Positions 8,438-17,582 of a stretch of 32,000 bases of DNA are shown piece by piece. The position numbers were made by a program, and so were the translations under genes. The DNA lies in assembly GCF_000020025.1 (NCBI RefSeq), contig NC_010628.1, forward strand, positions 7,230,001 to 7,262,000, given 5' to 3'. The notes under the pieces are model-generated. The model was not told the DNA's origin, ran no database searches, and saw only the letters and a program-made list of their open reading frames with translations. The DNA is from Nostoc punctiforme PCC 73102 (GTDB lineage: Bacteria > Cyanobacteriota > Cyanobacteriia > Cyanobacteriales > Nostocaceae). The stretch's first letter is position 1. Each line of letters starts with the position of its first letter.

Positions 8438-8614
8438 TTAGTAGGGAAAGAGAAGGGAGTTAGATTTTTTACTAGTAAATCAGGAACCGCTACAGTTATC
8501 TTTTTATCGTCTGATAACTCAACCTAGCTAGAAATGGAATATTAATGTAAATACTACAGGTACAGGAATTTAAAAAGATACGCCCAAAGTATAATAATGA
8601 GCTTGCTTGAGCGA

Positions 8615-8648
8615 TGGTGCGTAGGCGTAGTCCATCGTAGACATCGCC
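8615..8648. repeat. Short dispersed repeat, inverted copy of the element at 747-776
   Basis: The sequence gcgtaggcgtagtccatcgtagacatcgc is the reverse complement of gcgatgtctacgacgggctacgcctacgc with 2-3 mismatches. Confidence 0.7.
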
Positions 8649-8706
8649 TACTCAAACCACTGCACGAGATAATAACAATACTTCGTTTGATTGTTGGCGA
8701 TCGCTA

Positions 8707-9564
8707 ATGTCTTTTGATAACCTCTGCAAACTACTGTCCGAAAAACATCCTGCTACCTTTGCCAGTTGGGTTTTAGGTACACCACAAACTTCTGTCAAAG
8801 TCCTCAAAACCGAATTGAGCATTGAACCAATTCGCGCTGATTATGTAACATTCTTACAACTACAAGGACGCATTCTCCATCTGGAATTTCAAACCAAACT
8901 CGAATCTACGCCACCCCTACCCCTGCGGATGCTAGATTATTGGGTACGCTTATATCGTTTGTATCGTCTGCCAATAACGCAAGTTGTCGTATTATTGCTT
9001 CCCCCTGCACCAGGAACAGTAATTGAAACTGTTTTCTGTGTCGAAACTACCCGTCATGAATATCGCGTGATTCGCCTATGGGAAGAAAATCCTGAACTAT
9101 TCCTCAATGAGCCAGCTTTGTTACCCTTAGCACCACTGGCGGCAACCACGCAACCCCAAGCATTGTTGCAACAAGTTGTGGGCAAAGTTAATCAACTTGA
9201 GCCAAGACAACGACCAGAAATTTCCGCGTATACCCAAATCTTAGCGGGGTTAAAATACAATCAAGACTTGATTCGACAATTATTTCGGGAGGGTATGATG
9301 CGCGAGTCAGTAATTTATCAAGAAATTCTCGCTGAAGGCGAACAACTAGGAGAACTAAGAGGACGAAAAGCAGAAGGGCAATTGCTCATTCTCCGTCAAC
9401 TTACTCGACGGGTGGGAGAATTACCCCAAGAGATGCTAAACCGGATTGAAACTCTCTCCTTAGAACAATTAGAAAATCTCGGTGAAGCATTGTTAGATTT
9501 TCAGGCGATCGCGGATTTAGAAGCCTGGTTTGGTACATTAGACATAGGAGTGAAAATGACGTAA
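8707..9564 (+). CDS. Rpn-family recombination-promoting nuclease / putative transposase-like protein with a DUF4351-type C-terminus
   Basis: The N-terminus (MSFDNLCKLLSEKHPATFASWVLG...LKTELSIEPIRADYVTFLQ...ILHLEFQT) and the C-terminal ESVIYQEILAEGEQ...LSLEQLENLGEALLDF match my memory of a multi-copy cyanobacterial family. This is recognition by recall, not by search. Confidence 0.65.
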   Translation: MSFDNLCKLLSEKHPATFASWVLGTPQTSVKVLKTELSIEPIRADYVTFLQLQGRILHLEFQTKLESTPPLPLRMLDYWVRLYRLYRLPITQVVVLLLPPAPGTVIETVFCVETTRHEYRVIRLWEENPELFLNEPALLPLAPLAATTQPQALLQQVVGKVNQLEPRQRPEISAYTQILAGLKYNQDLIRQLFREGMMRESVIYQEILAEGEQLGELRGRKAEGQLLILRQLTRRVGELPQEMLNRIETLSLEQLENLGEALLDFQAIADLEAWFGTLDIGVKMT

Positions 9565-9737
9565 GCACAATTTATGAATTATGCCTACCGAGAATTTCGG
9601 ATAACGCATAATTAATTTCACTCCTATGTCTATTGTCTATTAGATAAATTTTTCCATTTGAGCCAATGTCTGATGGTGCTAAGGGAAAAAATAGTTTCAG
9701 AAGAACGAAAGCGAGTTGAGCTTGTCAGATTGCCACA

Positions 9738-10076
9738 TTAGAGTTCAATTAGCTTGAATCCCCAAGGTTTGAGAGCTGCTAAAGCTATTTCTTCACTTAC
9801 ACCCTCATAAGCTTCCCATTCCAACGGATGCTCTTTTGGATGTCCGTCGCCGACATTACCTGCAACTTTAATTATCGGACAGTTGGCGATGCGATCGCGC
9901 TCCAACCCTTTTGGCACTACTAGTTGGATTTTGTGACCGATAAACTTCGCTGTACTTTCTTCAGCAATCGATTCACGGATTAAACAAATATCACCAGCAG
10001 TTCCCCAAGTAGTTTGGTAAATGTGGAGGAATGATATATAGGTTGCTGGTTTAATGGATCTTTTTAGAACATGCAT
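9738..10076 (-). CDS. Hypothetical protein (112 aa)
   Basis: Uninterrupted ATG-initiated frame with ordinary composition. No motif recognised. Confidence 0.45.
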   Translation of the reverse strand: MHVLKRSIKPATYISFLHIYQTTWGTAGDICLIRESIAEESTAKFIGHKIQLVVPKGLERDRIANCPIIKVAGNVGDGHPKEHPLEWEAYEGVSEEIALAALKPWGFKLIEL

Positions 10077-10240
10077 TATCTGTAATCCTTACACTATGAA
10101 TCAAAAATCATAAATCATATAAGTATTTTCTATCACGTTCGTAGGGAAGAAGAATGTTTTTAACTCACTTTTTGCACCTAGACAAGGTGATTATAAACCG
10201 CTTGCGGGAATATGGCGGCTTTCAGTTGAGTCTAATAAAG

Positions 10241-10292
10241 ACCTAACTCCCAACCCCTTCCCTACAAGGGAAGGGGAGTAAGATTCAAAGCC
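10241..10292. repeat. Dispersed hairpin element with core ccccttccct-aca-agggaagggg
   Basis: Perfect 10-bp stem at 10254-10276. A second copy in the same orientation, with matching flanks (acctaacYcccaa ... agYaagaWtcaaagcc), lies at 28431-28484. Confidence 0.85.
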
Positions 10293-10299
10293 TTACAAA

Positions 10300-10430
10300 T
10301 AAGCGTAGACGCATTAGCGTTGGCGTTCGCGGAGCGTGTCGCAGACAAGCCTCTCGTAGAGAAGCGGTAGCGACGTTCGCGTAGCGTCTCCCCTTGGGAG
10401 AAAGAGCGTCAGCGGCTTGTCGTAAGACAT
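10300..10430. repeat. Cluster of degenerate GC-rich short repeats (gcgtagacgc / gcgttcgcg / cgtagagaagcg / gcgtagcgtctc)
   Basis: Seen directly. It is related to the cgtag/ctacg dispersed family and lies just downstream of the stop at 10433. Confidence 0.5.
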
Positions 10431-10432
10431 CG

Positions 10433-12958
10433 CTAAAATACGATAATCGCCCACATACTAGCTCCCAAAGCGATCGCTGCTAAGTGTTGCCAGAGGAGGG
10501 ATTTCACTGGTTGCCGTGCAATCTTTTGCGTTAATAACATAGTCATCAACACTGAGAAAATTATTGTTGTACCTTGCAAAAAGGCAATTACAGCCGGGTG
10601 AGCAACCAATATTGGCAATTGTTCACCACTCAAACCAAGGGTAGCAAAGGTAACAGGTAAAATTCGCCCACCTTCGCCTAAACCCAAACGCAGATAGTGA
10701 GCCAAGTTTCCCCCTAACACCAATGGTAGGTAGCTATACGCAAGTTCGACAAATTTTCGAGGCTTACGGTTAACGTTGAACACTTGTAGCAAGCCATAAG
10801 CCCCAAAGGTAAATATCGCTGGAATAATTAATACTAGCAGCGATAATCCGAAGTGCAGCCAAAACTGAGTTAAATCCAGTTGTAAACCCAACCAAGATTG
10901 CAATTCTGGCAAGCGATGCAGATATATCCCACCCAACAGCAAAAACAATAATGCTACTTCATAGGTGCGAGGTACATGAGTTGTCCACAATTCAATTCCA
11001 GGGGGACGCAAGTTGAACTCAACAGAACGATGGGGACAGGCTTTAAGGCAAGTCATACACAGTACGCAATCTCTGTTATCTTCTAATTGCGCTGGGTGAG
11101 AATACAAGGGACATCCATTAGTTTCTAGCCCTTCGCCCTTTTGCGGTCCACCTTTATAGCATTGATAAGTAGTACAACTAGCAGAACATATCCCTTGCTG
11201 TGCGCGAAGTTCCGTCATTGAAAGTTTGGCAAACAAACCATTCATTCCACCAATGGGGCAAAGATAACGACACCAAAACCGCCGCTCAAAAAGAGCAGAG
11301 AAAATCATCGCCCCAGCAGTAATTAATAGCAGCAAACAAGCACTGAGGTAGGCGGTATTTTCTAAATGCCAGAGTTCTTCCCATAAGAAAATTAGGGTGA
11401 ACAAACCAAACATGAACCATCCGCCCCATTTCTCAGCTTGCTCTCTCGGCCAGCGTTTGAGTTTTCGAGGCCACAGCCAGAGAGATAACTTTTGGGTAAT
11501 TTCCCCGTAAATCATGAAGGGACAAACAGAACACCAGATACGTCCCAAAAAGGGAAAGAGAAATAAGAAGAAAGGCCACCACCAAGCCCAAAATAGATTT
11601 AATACGAAATTGCGATCGCGGGTTTGCGGCCCAATAAATAAAACTGCAACAATAATCGCAAAAGCTGTTGCAGTAAAACCATAGTTAATGCGATCGGGCC
11701 ACCAAGGACTACGCAAAAACCGCCGCAAATTAGGATAGGCATTTAACAGATTCACCCGAAATCGTTTTTTCTTCGCTTCGGCTGGCCAGAAAATTTCTTC
11801 TGTTAATTCATTAGCACCTTCCGCTTGCACGATCGCTCTTTCAACCAGATTTTTCAATTCCTTGAGGTTCCCAGGAAAATCATAAGACTGGAGGCGACGC
11901 AAAGCTTCTGGGGTAATATGCGGTTTCGGAACGCCTCTAGAGCGAATGTAGAGACTTGTATAATACTCAACCTGCGCCTGAATATCAGCTTTCCGCACCC
12001 GTAGCGGCGGTACTTTAATAATGTGACCAATACAGCGTTCAATTGTCGGCTGAGTTTTTTCGGAAACAATCAGAATTCTGGCTTTACTAGGGCGAGGTTC
12101 CGGTGCTGGTTCTCCAGAACGAGCCACGGGGGTATATGTGCCAGTTTTGAGTAACTGCGTCACGGGAGGCAATAATTCTTCGGGCAATTCTTGGATGTTG
12201 TTGAGAACTAGAGTACCTTCCCCCAACCATTCCAATAGTCCTGGTTTACCGCCAGCGCGACCAAATAAGTCTGCGCCGCTAGTTTGCAGAATACCGCAAT
12301 TTACTTTAATGATTGGTTCTCGCCGTTTTGGAGAACCAAAGTGGATGAGAGCTGCTATATTGTCTTTTTCTAATCCTGGTTCTCCGAAAATATCCACTGA
12401 TTTGCGGTCAGCAGCCGCTTCTCGAATTTGCTCCCGCAGACGCACAGCATATCGACTTGTACCGACAATACCTCGTTGGGCTTTGGTAACTAAATATGGC
12501 CGCAAAGCTACAGAACGTTCTTGTTCATAGCCAAGTGCAGATGTTGCCTGAGCTAATTCTTGAGCCAATTGACGCGAAAAAGCCTGAGCAATTTCGGGGT
12601 ATTGGGTGACTAATTTCCGAAATTTATCAGCAGGTACAACCCACAAATGACATTCAGTTACTGTAGTAATTGTGAATGGAGTTAATTCTTCCAGCAGCAA
12701 TTCTTTGAGTTCAATCACTGCACCGGGGAGAAATCCACAAGCTAAGGCTGGGTTGCTTTGATTGGTGCTATTGCTTTCGAGTTGACCTTCTACAAGAATA
12801 TAAAGGGCTTCTGGAGAATTGCCTTCACTAACCAAGTCAGTTTCGGCTGGTACAACTTGTTCTTCAATTACTTGTGCGATCGCATTTAACACTTCAGGCG
12901 AGAGAATTCCTAAAGTGGTGCGTTCTTGTAGCCATATAACCGTTTCTGGAGATGTCAT
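10433..12958 (-). CDS. Fusion protein: cyclic-nucleotide-binding domain + degenerate sigma54-interaction-type AAA+ module + polytopic membrane domain with Fe-S cysteine motifs
   Basis: aa ~15-125 look like a cNMP-binding fold. aa ~163-380 are colinear with NtrC-type AAA+ domains (IVGTSRYAVRLREQI..., YDFPGNLKELKNLVERA). Within that module the P-loop is GEPGLEK (nt 12365-12385), Walker B is LVLNNI, and no GAFTGA motif is present. aa ~420-841 contain about 9-10 TM helices with WCSVCPF, FWCRYLCPIGG and CVLCMTCLKACP motifs (NapH/NosR-like plus ferredoxin-like). Confidence 0.8.
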   Translation of the reverse strand: MTSPETVIWLQERTTLGILSPEVLNAIAQVIEEQVVPAETDLVSEGNSPEALYILVEGQLESNSTNQSNPALACGFLPGAVIELKELLLEELTPFTITTVTECHLWVVPADKFRKLVTQYPEIAQAFSRQLAQELAQATSALGYEQERSVALRPYLVTKAQRGIVGTSRYAVRLREQIREAAADRKSVDIFGEPGLEKDNIAALIHFGSPKRREPIIKVNCGILQTSGADLFGRAGGKPGLLEWLGEGTLVLNNIQELPEELLPPVTQLLKTGTYTPVARSGEPAPEPRPSKARILIVSEKTQPTIERCIGHIIKVPPLRVRKADIQAQVEYYTSLYIRSRGVPKPHITPEALRRLQSYDFPGNLKELKNLVERAIVQAEGANELTEEIFWPAEAKKKRFRVNLLNAYPNLRRFLRSPWWPDRINYGFTATAFAIIVAVLFIGPQTRDRNFVLNLFWAWWWPFFLFLFPFLGRIWCSVCPFMIYGEITQKLSLWLWPRKLKRWPREQAEKWGGWFMFGLFTLIFLWEELWHLENTAYLSACLLLLITAGAMIFSALFERRFWCRYLCPIGGMNGLFAKLSMTELRAQQGICSASCTTYQCYKGGPQKGEGLETNGCPLYSHPAQLEDNRDCVLCMTCLKACPHRSVEFNLRPPGIELWTTHVPRTYEVALLFLLLGGIYLHRLPELQSWLGLQLDLTQFWLHFGLSLLVLIIPAIFTFGAYGLLQVFNVNRKPRKFVELAYSYLPLVLGGNLAHYLRLGLGEGGRILPVTFATLGLSGEQLPILVAHPAVIAFLQGTTIIFSVLMTMLLTQKIARQPVKSLLWQHLAAIALGASMWAIIVF

Positions 12959-13158
12959 CTTAAGTTCTCCGTGTAGGCTGTTATGTATAACTGTTTTAAA
13001 TTCGGTGGAATACAGTAGGGGTGTAGAGCTGTACGCCTCTACCGGGTATCACATCCAAACAAGAACCGCTATCAAAGAAATTATCCTCTGAAAGGAATGC
13101 CAAAATATCTGTGTGTGGCTGTTATAGATTAATATCTGAGAATTCATGGGGACGAATT

Positions 13159-13794
13159 ATGGCAATTTATCTAGACTCAGCGATCGCATCTGAAGCCAAA
13201 GTTGTTAAGCTTTGGGGATGGGTGAAAGGCATTACAACCAATCCCACGCTGTTGTCTCAAAGCGATACTCCACCAGAAACCACGCTCAAAAATTTGGTTG
13301 CCTTGACTTCTGGCCCTTTATATTATCAACTTGTGGCATCTGATAAAGCTGGGATGCTAGCTGAAGGTAGAAAAGCTTTCGAGATTATTGGTTCACAAAC
13401 AATTTTAAAGATTCCCGCAACACCGTTAGGTTTTGAAGTAGTGGCGAGTCTATCACCAGAAATTACCTGTTCAGTGACAGCAATTTACAGTGCAGCACAA
13501 GCAGCAGTAGCACGGGAGGCGGGAGCGAAAATTGCCATAGCTTATGTAAATCGAGCTACGCGGTTGTTAGGTGACGGTATTGCCTTAGTGCGGGATATGG
13601 CTAGCGTCCTCAAAGGCAGTGATACAGAGATTTTGGCAGCTAGTATCAAATCTCCTGAAGAAGCAGCCGCATCATTGCAAGCCGGGGCCCATCATTTGAC
13701 TTTACCATTGGCAATGTTGCAAGCGATCGCAACTCATGAATTTTCACAGAAAACGGTTGAAGAATTCGCTAAAGGAGGCATTGGTTTAAGATAA
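13159..13794 (+). CDS. Transaldolase / fructose-6-phosphate aldolase family protein (short form, 211 aa)
   Basis: GITTNPTLL and ILKIPAT (Schiff-base Lys context) motifs. The ORF track start at 13111 is GTG. The ATG at 13159 (MAIYLDS) fits the family N-terminus. Confidence 0.8.
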   Translation: MAIYLDSAIASEAKVVKLWGWVKGITTNPTLLSQSDTPPETTLKNLVALTSGPLYYQLVASDKAGMLAEGRKAFEIIGSQTILKIPATPLGFEVVASLSPEITCSVTAIYSAAQAAVAREAGAKIAIAYVNRATRLLGDGIALVRDMASVLKGSDTEILAASIKSPEEAAASLQAGAHHLTLPLAMLQAIATHEFSQKTVEEFAKGGIGLR

Positions 13795-13882
13795 TTCGTA
13801 ATTCGTAATTCGTAATTCGTAATTCGTAATTCGTAATGATACTCGTAGACTCGCTACCGCTACGCTAACGTAATTCGTAATT
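13793..13882. repeat. (AATTCGT)x5 heptamer array, interrupted by a ~38-bp dispersed repeat, then 2 more units
   Basis: 13793-13827 holds five perfect units. 13831-13868 reads gatactcgtagactcgctaccgctacgctaa. 13869-13882 reads cgtaattcgtaatt. The array overlaps the TAA stop of the preceding gene. Confidence 0.9.
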
Positions 13883-13886
13883 AAAT

Positions 13887-13979
13887 ATGAGTTTGTCAGA
13901 TATCCCTAATCTCTGGGTTCCCTTGGTACTTTTAGGTTTAATTATTGTCGCTGCTGTATTTTTTAGTCGCAGCAATTAA
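13887..13979 (+). CDS. Candidate 30-aa single-TM mini-protein (MSLSDIPNLWVPLVLLGLIIVAAVFFSRSN)
   Basis: ATG-initiated ORF below the ORF-track length cutoff. It has a 19-residue hydrophobic core with a basic C-terminal flank. No family recognised. Confidence 0.3.
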   Translation: MSLSDIPNLWVPLVLLGLIIVAAVFFSRSN

Positions 13980-14096
13980 AGCTTTTGTTGCAGTGCTTAA
14001 CAGTTGAGTATAGCTACAGTTTATCCAAAGCATTACAGTGAAGGTGGAGGTTAAGTTGTATGTTCGCTGTTGTCACATCCTATACAATTTATTGGG

Positions 14097-16295
14097 CTAC
14101 ATACGTTTTAAATCTTGTAAAACTGCGGCGGCTGATTGATAGCGATCGCTAAAATGATAGCAAACCATTTTATCTAAAATGACCGCCAATTCTTCCCTGA
14201 CTGGCACTGTTTGCCGCCACATCACATTCCCCGTTTCTGGATCTGGGTGGAGTTCTTGCGGTGGTATTCCAGTTATGGCTTGAATACCAATCATTCCTAA
14301 AGCGTAAATGTCACTGCATAGACGGGGATGACCGGCAAATTGTTCTGGAGGTGCATAACCCCGCGTCCCAATGGCTACTGTGGCTAATTCTGTTTGGTCG
14401 CTAGTCGGTGGTTGCATTAATTTGACTGCACCAAAGTCAATCAATACCAGCCGATTATCTTGAGCGCATCTAATAATATTAGTTGGTTTGATATCACGAT
14501 GAATCACTCGATGCTGGTGAACAAATTCTAGAACTTCTAAAACTTGTTTGAACATCTCTATGACAAATAATTCGCTTTGCACATCCTGTACAGGTGGTAA
14601 TTCTTCACTTAAAGTATGTCCTTCAATATATTGTTGAATTAAATAGAATTCTTGGTCATCTTCAAAATAAGCAAGTAATTCAGGAATCTGATGATGTTTA
14701 CCCAAAGATTCTAATATTTCAGCTTCACTATGAAACAATCTACGAGCAACTTGCAAAAATCGTGTATCTTGACGGGCTGGCATTAACTTTTTAACTACAC
14801 AAGTAGGATTACCCGGTCGTTGAGTATCCTGTGCTAAATAAGTGCGACCAAACCCGCCTGAACCAAGAACTTGAGACATTTTGTAGCGTCCACCCAAAAG
14901 CAAATCACCTGATTTTATTTCTGGTGAATCAATTGGAGCAGGAAAGTCAAGAGACGAATCGGGAATTGCGGTTTTGTCTTCTAAGAGTATATTTAATTGT
15001 GCGATCGCTTCTTGTTGTTTTTCAACTTGCAGAATAATCACCTGAGTTTGTCGCTGATTTTGGTAGCTAGTATAAGCAATTACACAAATACTACTAACAA
15101 CCAAAGTAAGAGCAGAGGGAATTAAAGGCACCCATCCAGCCTGCAAAAACAAACCAATGCAGATTCCTACTAACCCAAGTAGAGCTGTTCCTCCCACCAC
15201 TAGCAACAGCAAGGGATTTTGCCACCGCCATACGATAATTCCACCTAAAAGCGACCAGCCCCACATCCAAATAAATTCTACCCAGTCGGGCCAATACCAA
15301 ATTAAAGGTCGCCCATCCAACACTGTACTGATGAGTTGACTTGCTATCTGTGCATGAATAAACAGAGCAGGCATTCTGGCTGGTTGATCTGGCAAAGTGC
15401 TGTAGGGTGTATAAAATCCGCCTGGGGGTAAATTAGCCGCAGTAGTGCCGATAATTACAAGACGGTCTTTGAATAAACTGGAGTTAACTTGACCACTGAG
15501 GACTTGCGTAAGGGTTACTTGATCGGCAAAACTGTTAGGGTGACGATAATTTAATAATATTTGATAGCCATCTGTATCCAGATGTTGATAGCTACCGGAA
15601 TTAGGTTGTAAACGCGGAAAGAGGGTTTTACCTAACTGTAATTCTTTTTTATTAGTAAACTTGTATTCAATACCTTGTTTCTCTAGATAATTAATTCCTA
15701 TTAGCGCCCCAAAAGCAAATGATGTTGTACATTTATTGTCTGTAGAGTAAGCAAATAACAAACTACGACGGAGAATTTGGTCGTTTTCATTGTCAGAAAC
15801 AACATCGCTAAACCCAACATTATCTATAGGAAAATTGGGTGGTGGTGGAATTTCATCTCTACCCAAACTGCTGAACAAACAAGTGCTGACAATGTTATCT
15901 TGATTTTGAAAATTAATTGCCAAATTGTTATTTTCTGGTTGAAAAAGATATAAACCAACAATTCGCGGTTGATAAGACTCGATTTTTTTTAATAGCTGAT
16001 TAATTGTCCGATCTGATAAAGCCCATTTCTCTCGTTTGAGATCGTCGTCAGTGATTTTTACTAGTAAAATCCGCCGATCGGGTGCTTGTGCTGGACGCGA
16101 TCGCAACATTTCATCATAAACTCTTAACTCCCAAGGCTGTAACCATTTGAGTTCCCGAATTCCCCAGATAAACACGGTGACTCCCACACTGGTAACTAAA
16201 ATAATTTGCAACCAGCTTTTGTTGTTGGAAGTTTCACGGGAATCCTGAACTTTGACAAAAGGGACACGGAGTTTTTTTAATAGTCCACTAATCAC
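14097..16295 (-). CDS. CHASE2 sensor-domain Ser/Thr protein kinase
   Basis: N-terminal TM, an extracytoplasmic CHASE2-like region, then 3-4 TM helices. The C-terminal Hanks kinase (nt ~14097-14888) has GSGGFGRTY, VVKKL, HRDIKPTNI, DFG and GTRGYAPPE. The start codon at 16295 is GTG. Confidence 0.88.
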   Translation of the reverse strand: MISGLLKKLRVPFVKVQDSRETSNNKSWLQIILVTSVGVTVFIWGIRELKWLQPWELRVYDEMLRSRPAQAPDRRILLVKITDDDLKREKWALSDRTINQLLKKIESYQPRIVGLYLFQPENNNLAINFQNQDNIVSTCLFSSLGRDEIPPPPNFPIDNVGFSDVVSDNENDQILRRSLLFAYSTDNKCTTSFAFGALIGINYLEKQGIEYKFTNKKELQLGKTLFPRLQPNSGSYQHLDTDGYQILLNYRHPNSFADQVTLTQVLSGQVNSSLFKDRLVIIGTTAANLPPGGFYTPYSTLPDQPARMPALFIHAQIASQLISTVLDGRPLIWYWPDWVEFIWMWGWSLLGGIIVWRWQNPLLLLVVGGTALLGLVGICIGLFLQAGWVPLIPSALTLVVSSICVIAYTSYQNQRQTQVIILQVEKQQEAIAQLNILLEDKTAIPDSSLDFPAPIDSPEIKSGDLLLGGRYKMSQVLGSGGFGRTYLAQDTQRPGNPTCVVKKLMPARQDTRFLQVARRLFHSEAEILESLGKHHQIPELLAYFEDDQEFYLIQQYIEGHTLSEELPPVQDVQSELFVIEMFKQVLEVLEFVHQHRVIHRDIKPTNIIRCAQDNRLVLIDFGAVKLMQPPTSDQTELATVAIGTRGYAPPEQFAGHPRLCSDIYALGMIGIQAITGIPPQELHPDPETGNVMWRQTVPVREELAVILDKMVCYHFSDRYQSAAAVLQDLKRM

Positions 16296-16569
16296 AGCGT
16301 TGTGGCAGAGTAGCCTGAATTGGGTAGATGTTGCAGGCGCAAAAGTTAATTTTTGGACTCTAGGTTAAAAGCTAATTAACCTGAGCTTCTCTATTAATGT
16401 AGCAATTTACTTGCTGGTGAGGAACCTTGGCGTATTCTTACTCTTAAAGCAAGCTAACGCGCGGTATTAACCAAAGAAATAAGCCATGTCTACGACAGGA
16501 TATGACGCTCATTCGTTCTTAGCGTCTCCCTTTTGGTAAAAGACTTGCCATCAGGGTCGCGCACTGACA

Positions 16570-16854
16570 CTAATCATCTGTTTGAGATGTTGGAGTATCT
16601 TCAACAGCACTGGCAATAGGTAAAGAAATAGGATTAGTAGATGGTGTTAGTGAATCTAACCGGGGTTGTTCAAGCGATGCTTCGATACTTGGATCGTCAA
16701 AATAGGAGCCAACAATCTTATCATAGTTAGAAGCAACAGCTAGAAAAGCGCCACCCAAAATATAGATAGGTAATGGCAGATTAAATTCTTGCAACCAATC
16801 AAACAATTCCGCCAAGGCAAACAGGACTAAAAAGCAAGCAAGCCAAACTCTCAT
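16570..16854 (-). CDS. Small membrane protein (two predicted TM helices, acidic/Ser-Thr-Pro-rich tail)
   Basis: ATG start, with two hydrophobic segments (VWLACFLVLFALAELF; IYILGGAFLAVA). Confidence 0.5.
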   Translation of the reverse strand: MRVWLACFLVLFALAELFDWLQEFNLPLPIYILGGAFLAVASNYDKIVGSYFDDPSIEASLEQPRLDSLTPSTNPISLPIASAVEDTPTSQTDD

Positions 16855-17030
16855 ATTCTCTATTTCCTAGATTGAAACAACTCTATTAATAGCTTAAATA
16901 GCTTGCATGATAGTTGATGTAGTACATAACAATCAACTTACAACCTTTATAACCATAGAATAGGTGCAGTCAGAGTTATAGCATCTGCTATATTGCAATA
17001 TCTTGTAAAAAAATAAAATATATTTAGCTT

Positions 17031-17258
17031 ATGCCTGCAATCAAACAGCCAAGTATTGCACTATTGGTTCGTGAGACTCGTCAATACCTCAAACTATCAC
17101 AGGTAAAACTGGCAACGATGTTAGGGGTTTCATTCCACACTGTAAACCGATGGGAAAACGGACGAACACGACCTTCACCACTCGCTATGAAACAAATTGA
17201 AAAGTTACTATACCAGATGGGGGAATCCGGTGAGGCACTTTTAGCGAAATATTTTTAA
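17031..17258 (+). CDS. XRE-family helix-turn-helix transcriptional regulator (75 aa)
   Basis: LSQVKLATMLGVSFHTVNRWENGRTRPS is a canonical HTH_3/XRE motif. Confidence 0.8.
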   Translation: MPAIKQPSIALLVRETRQYLKLSQVKLATMLGVSFHTVNRWENGRTRPSPLAMKQIEKLLYQMGESGEALLAKYF

Positions 17259-17481
17259 TGGCAAATGTGGTACCAGTAACATCATAGATGAAGTACTACT
17301 ACCCCATTCGTGAGAAATTAATGCCAAGCAACTACTTTAAGCCTGATTTCACAGGGATCTTGCCAAATTATTAGAGCAAGGTAAATTAGTAGAAGCGATC
17401 ACTAACTTAATAGCTGAATAAACCTGGCTCTATGTGATGTCGCTTTAGACTTTAGGTGTGTAATGCTCCCTAAAATGCTCT

Positions 17482-17507
17482 GGTGTACACAGAGATGTGT
17501 GTACACC
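17482..17507 (-). terminator. Perfect 10-bp stem-loop downstream of the binding-protein gene; possible terminator
   Basis: ggtgtacaca / tgtgtacacc with a 6-nt loop, 76 nt past the stop at 17583. No clear U-tract follows. Confidence 0.3.
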
Positions 17508-17582
17508 GAAGAGAAGGGTTGGAAGAGAAGTCCTTCCAAAATTATTGAATTGGTGTTCTAGGTATCATATCTGAATTAGTTT

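Noticed and set aside
8707-9564. Calling the Rpn/DUF4351-like gene an active transposase or mobile element
   Set aside because: I could find no terminal inverted repeats or target-site duplications around it. It is kept as a CDS only.
12138-12530. 130-aa plus-strand ORF, together with the other short ORFs antisense to long genes (2046-2234, 2408-2692, 3267-3482, 5063-5317, 6154-6351, 7476-7724, 11854-12069, 14594-15339, 18502-18928, 19490-19696, 23990-24690, 25767-26826, 27999-28526, 29478-30693)
   Set aside because: All are nested in or antisense to longer ORFs that have clear domain signatures. Their composition is low-complexity or Ser/Arg/Pro-biased, which is typical of shadow frames.
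17259-17582. Possible gene remnant after the XRE regulator (short frames such as MKYYYPIREKLMPSNYFKPDFTGILPNY)
   Set aside because: The frames are short and broken by stops, and nothing in them is recognisable. The evidence is insufficient to call a pseudogene.
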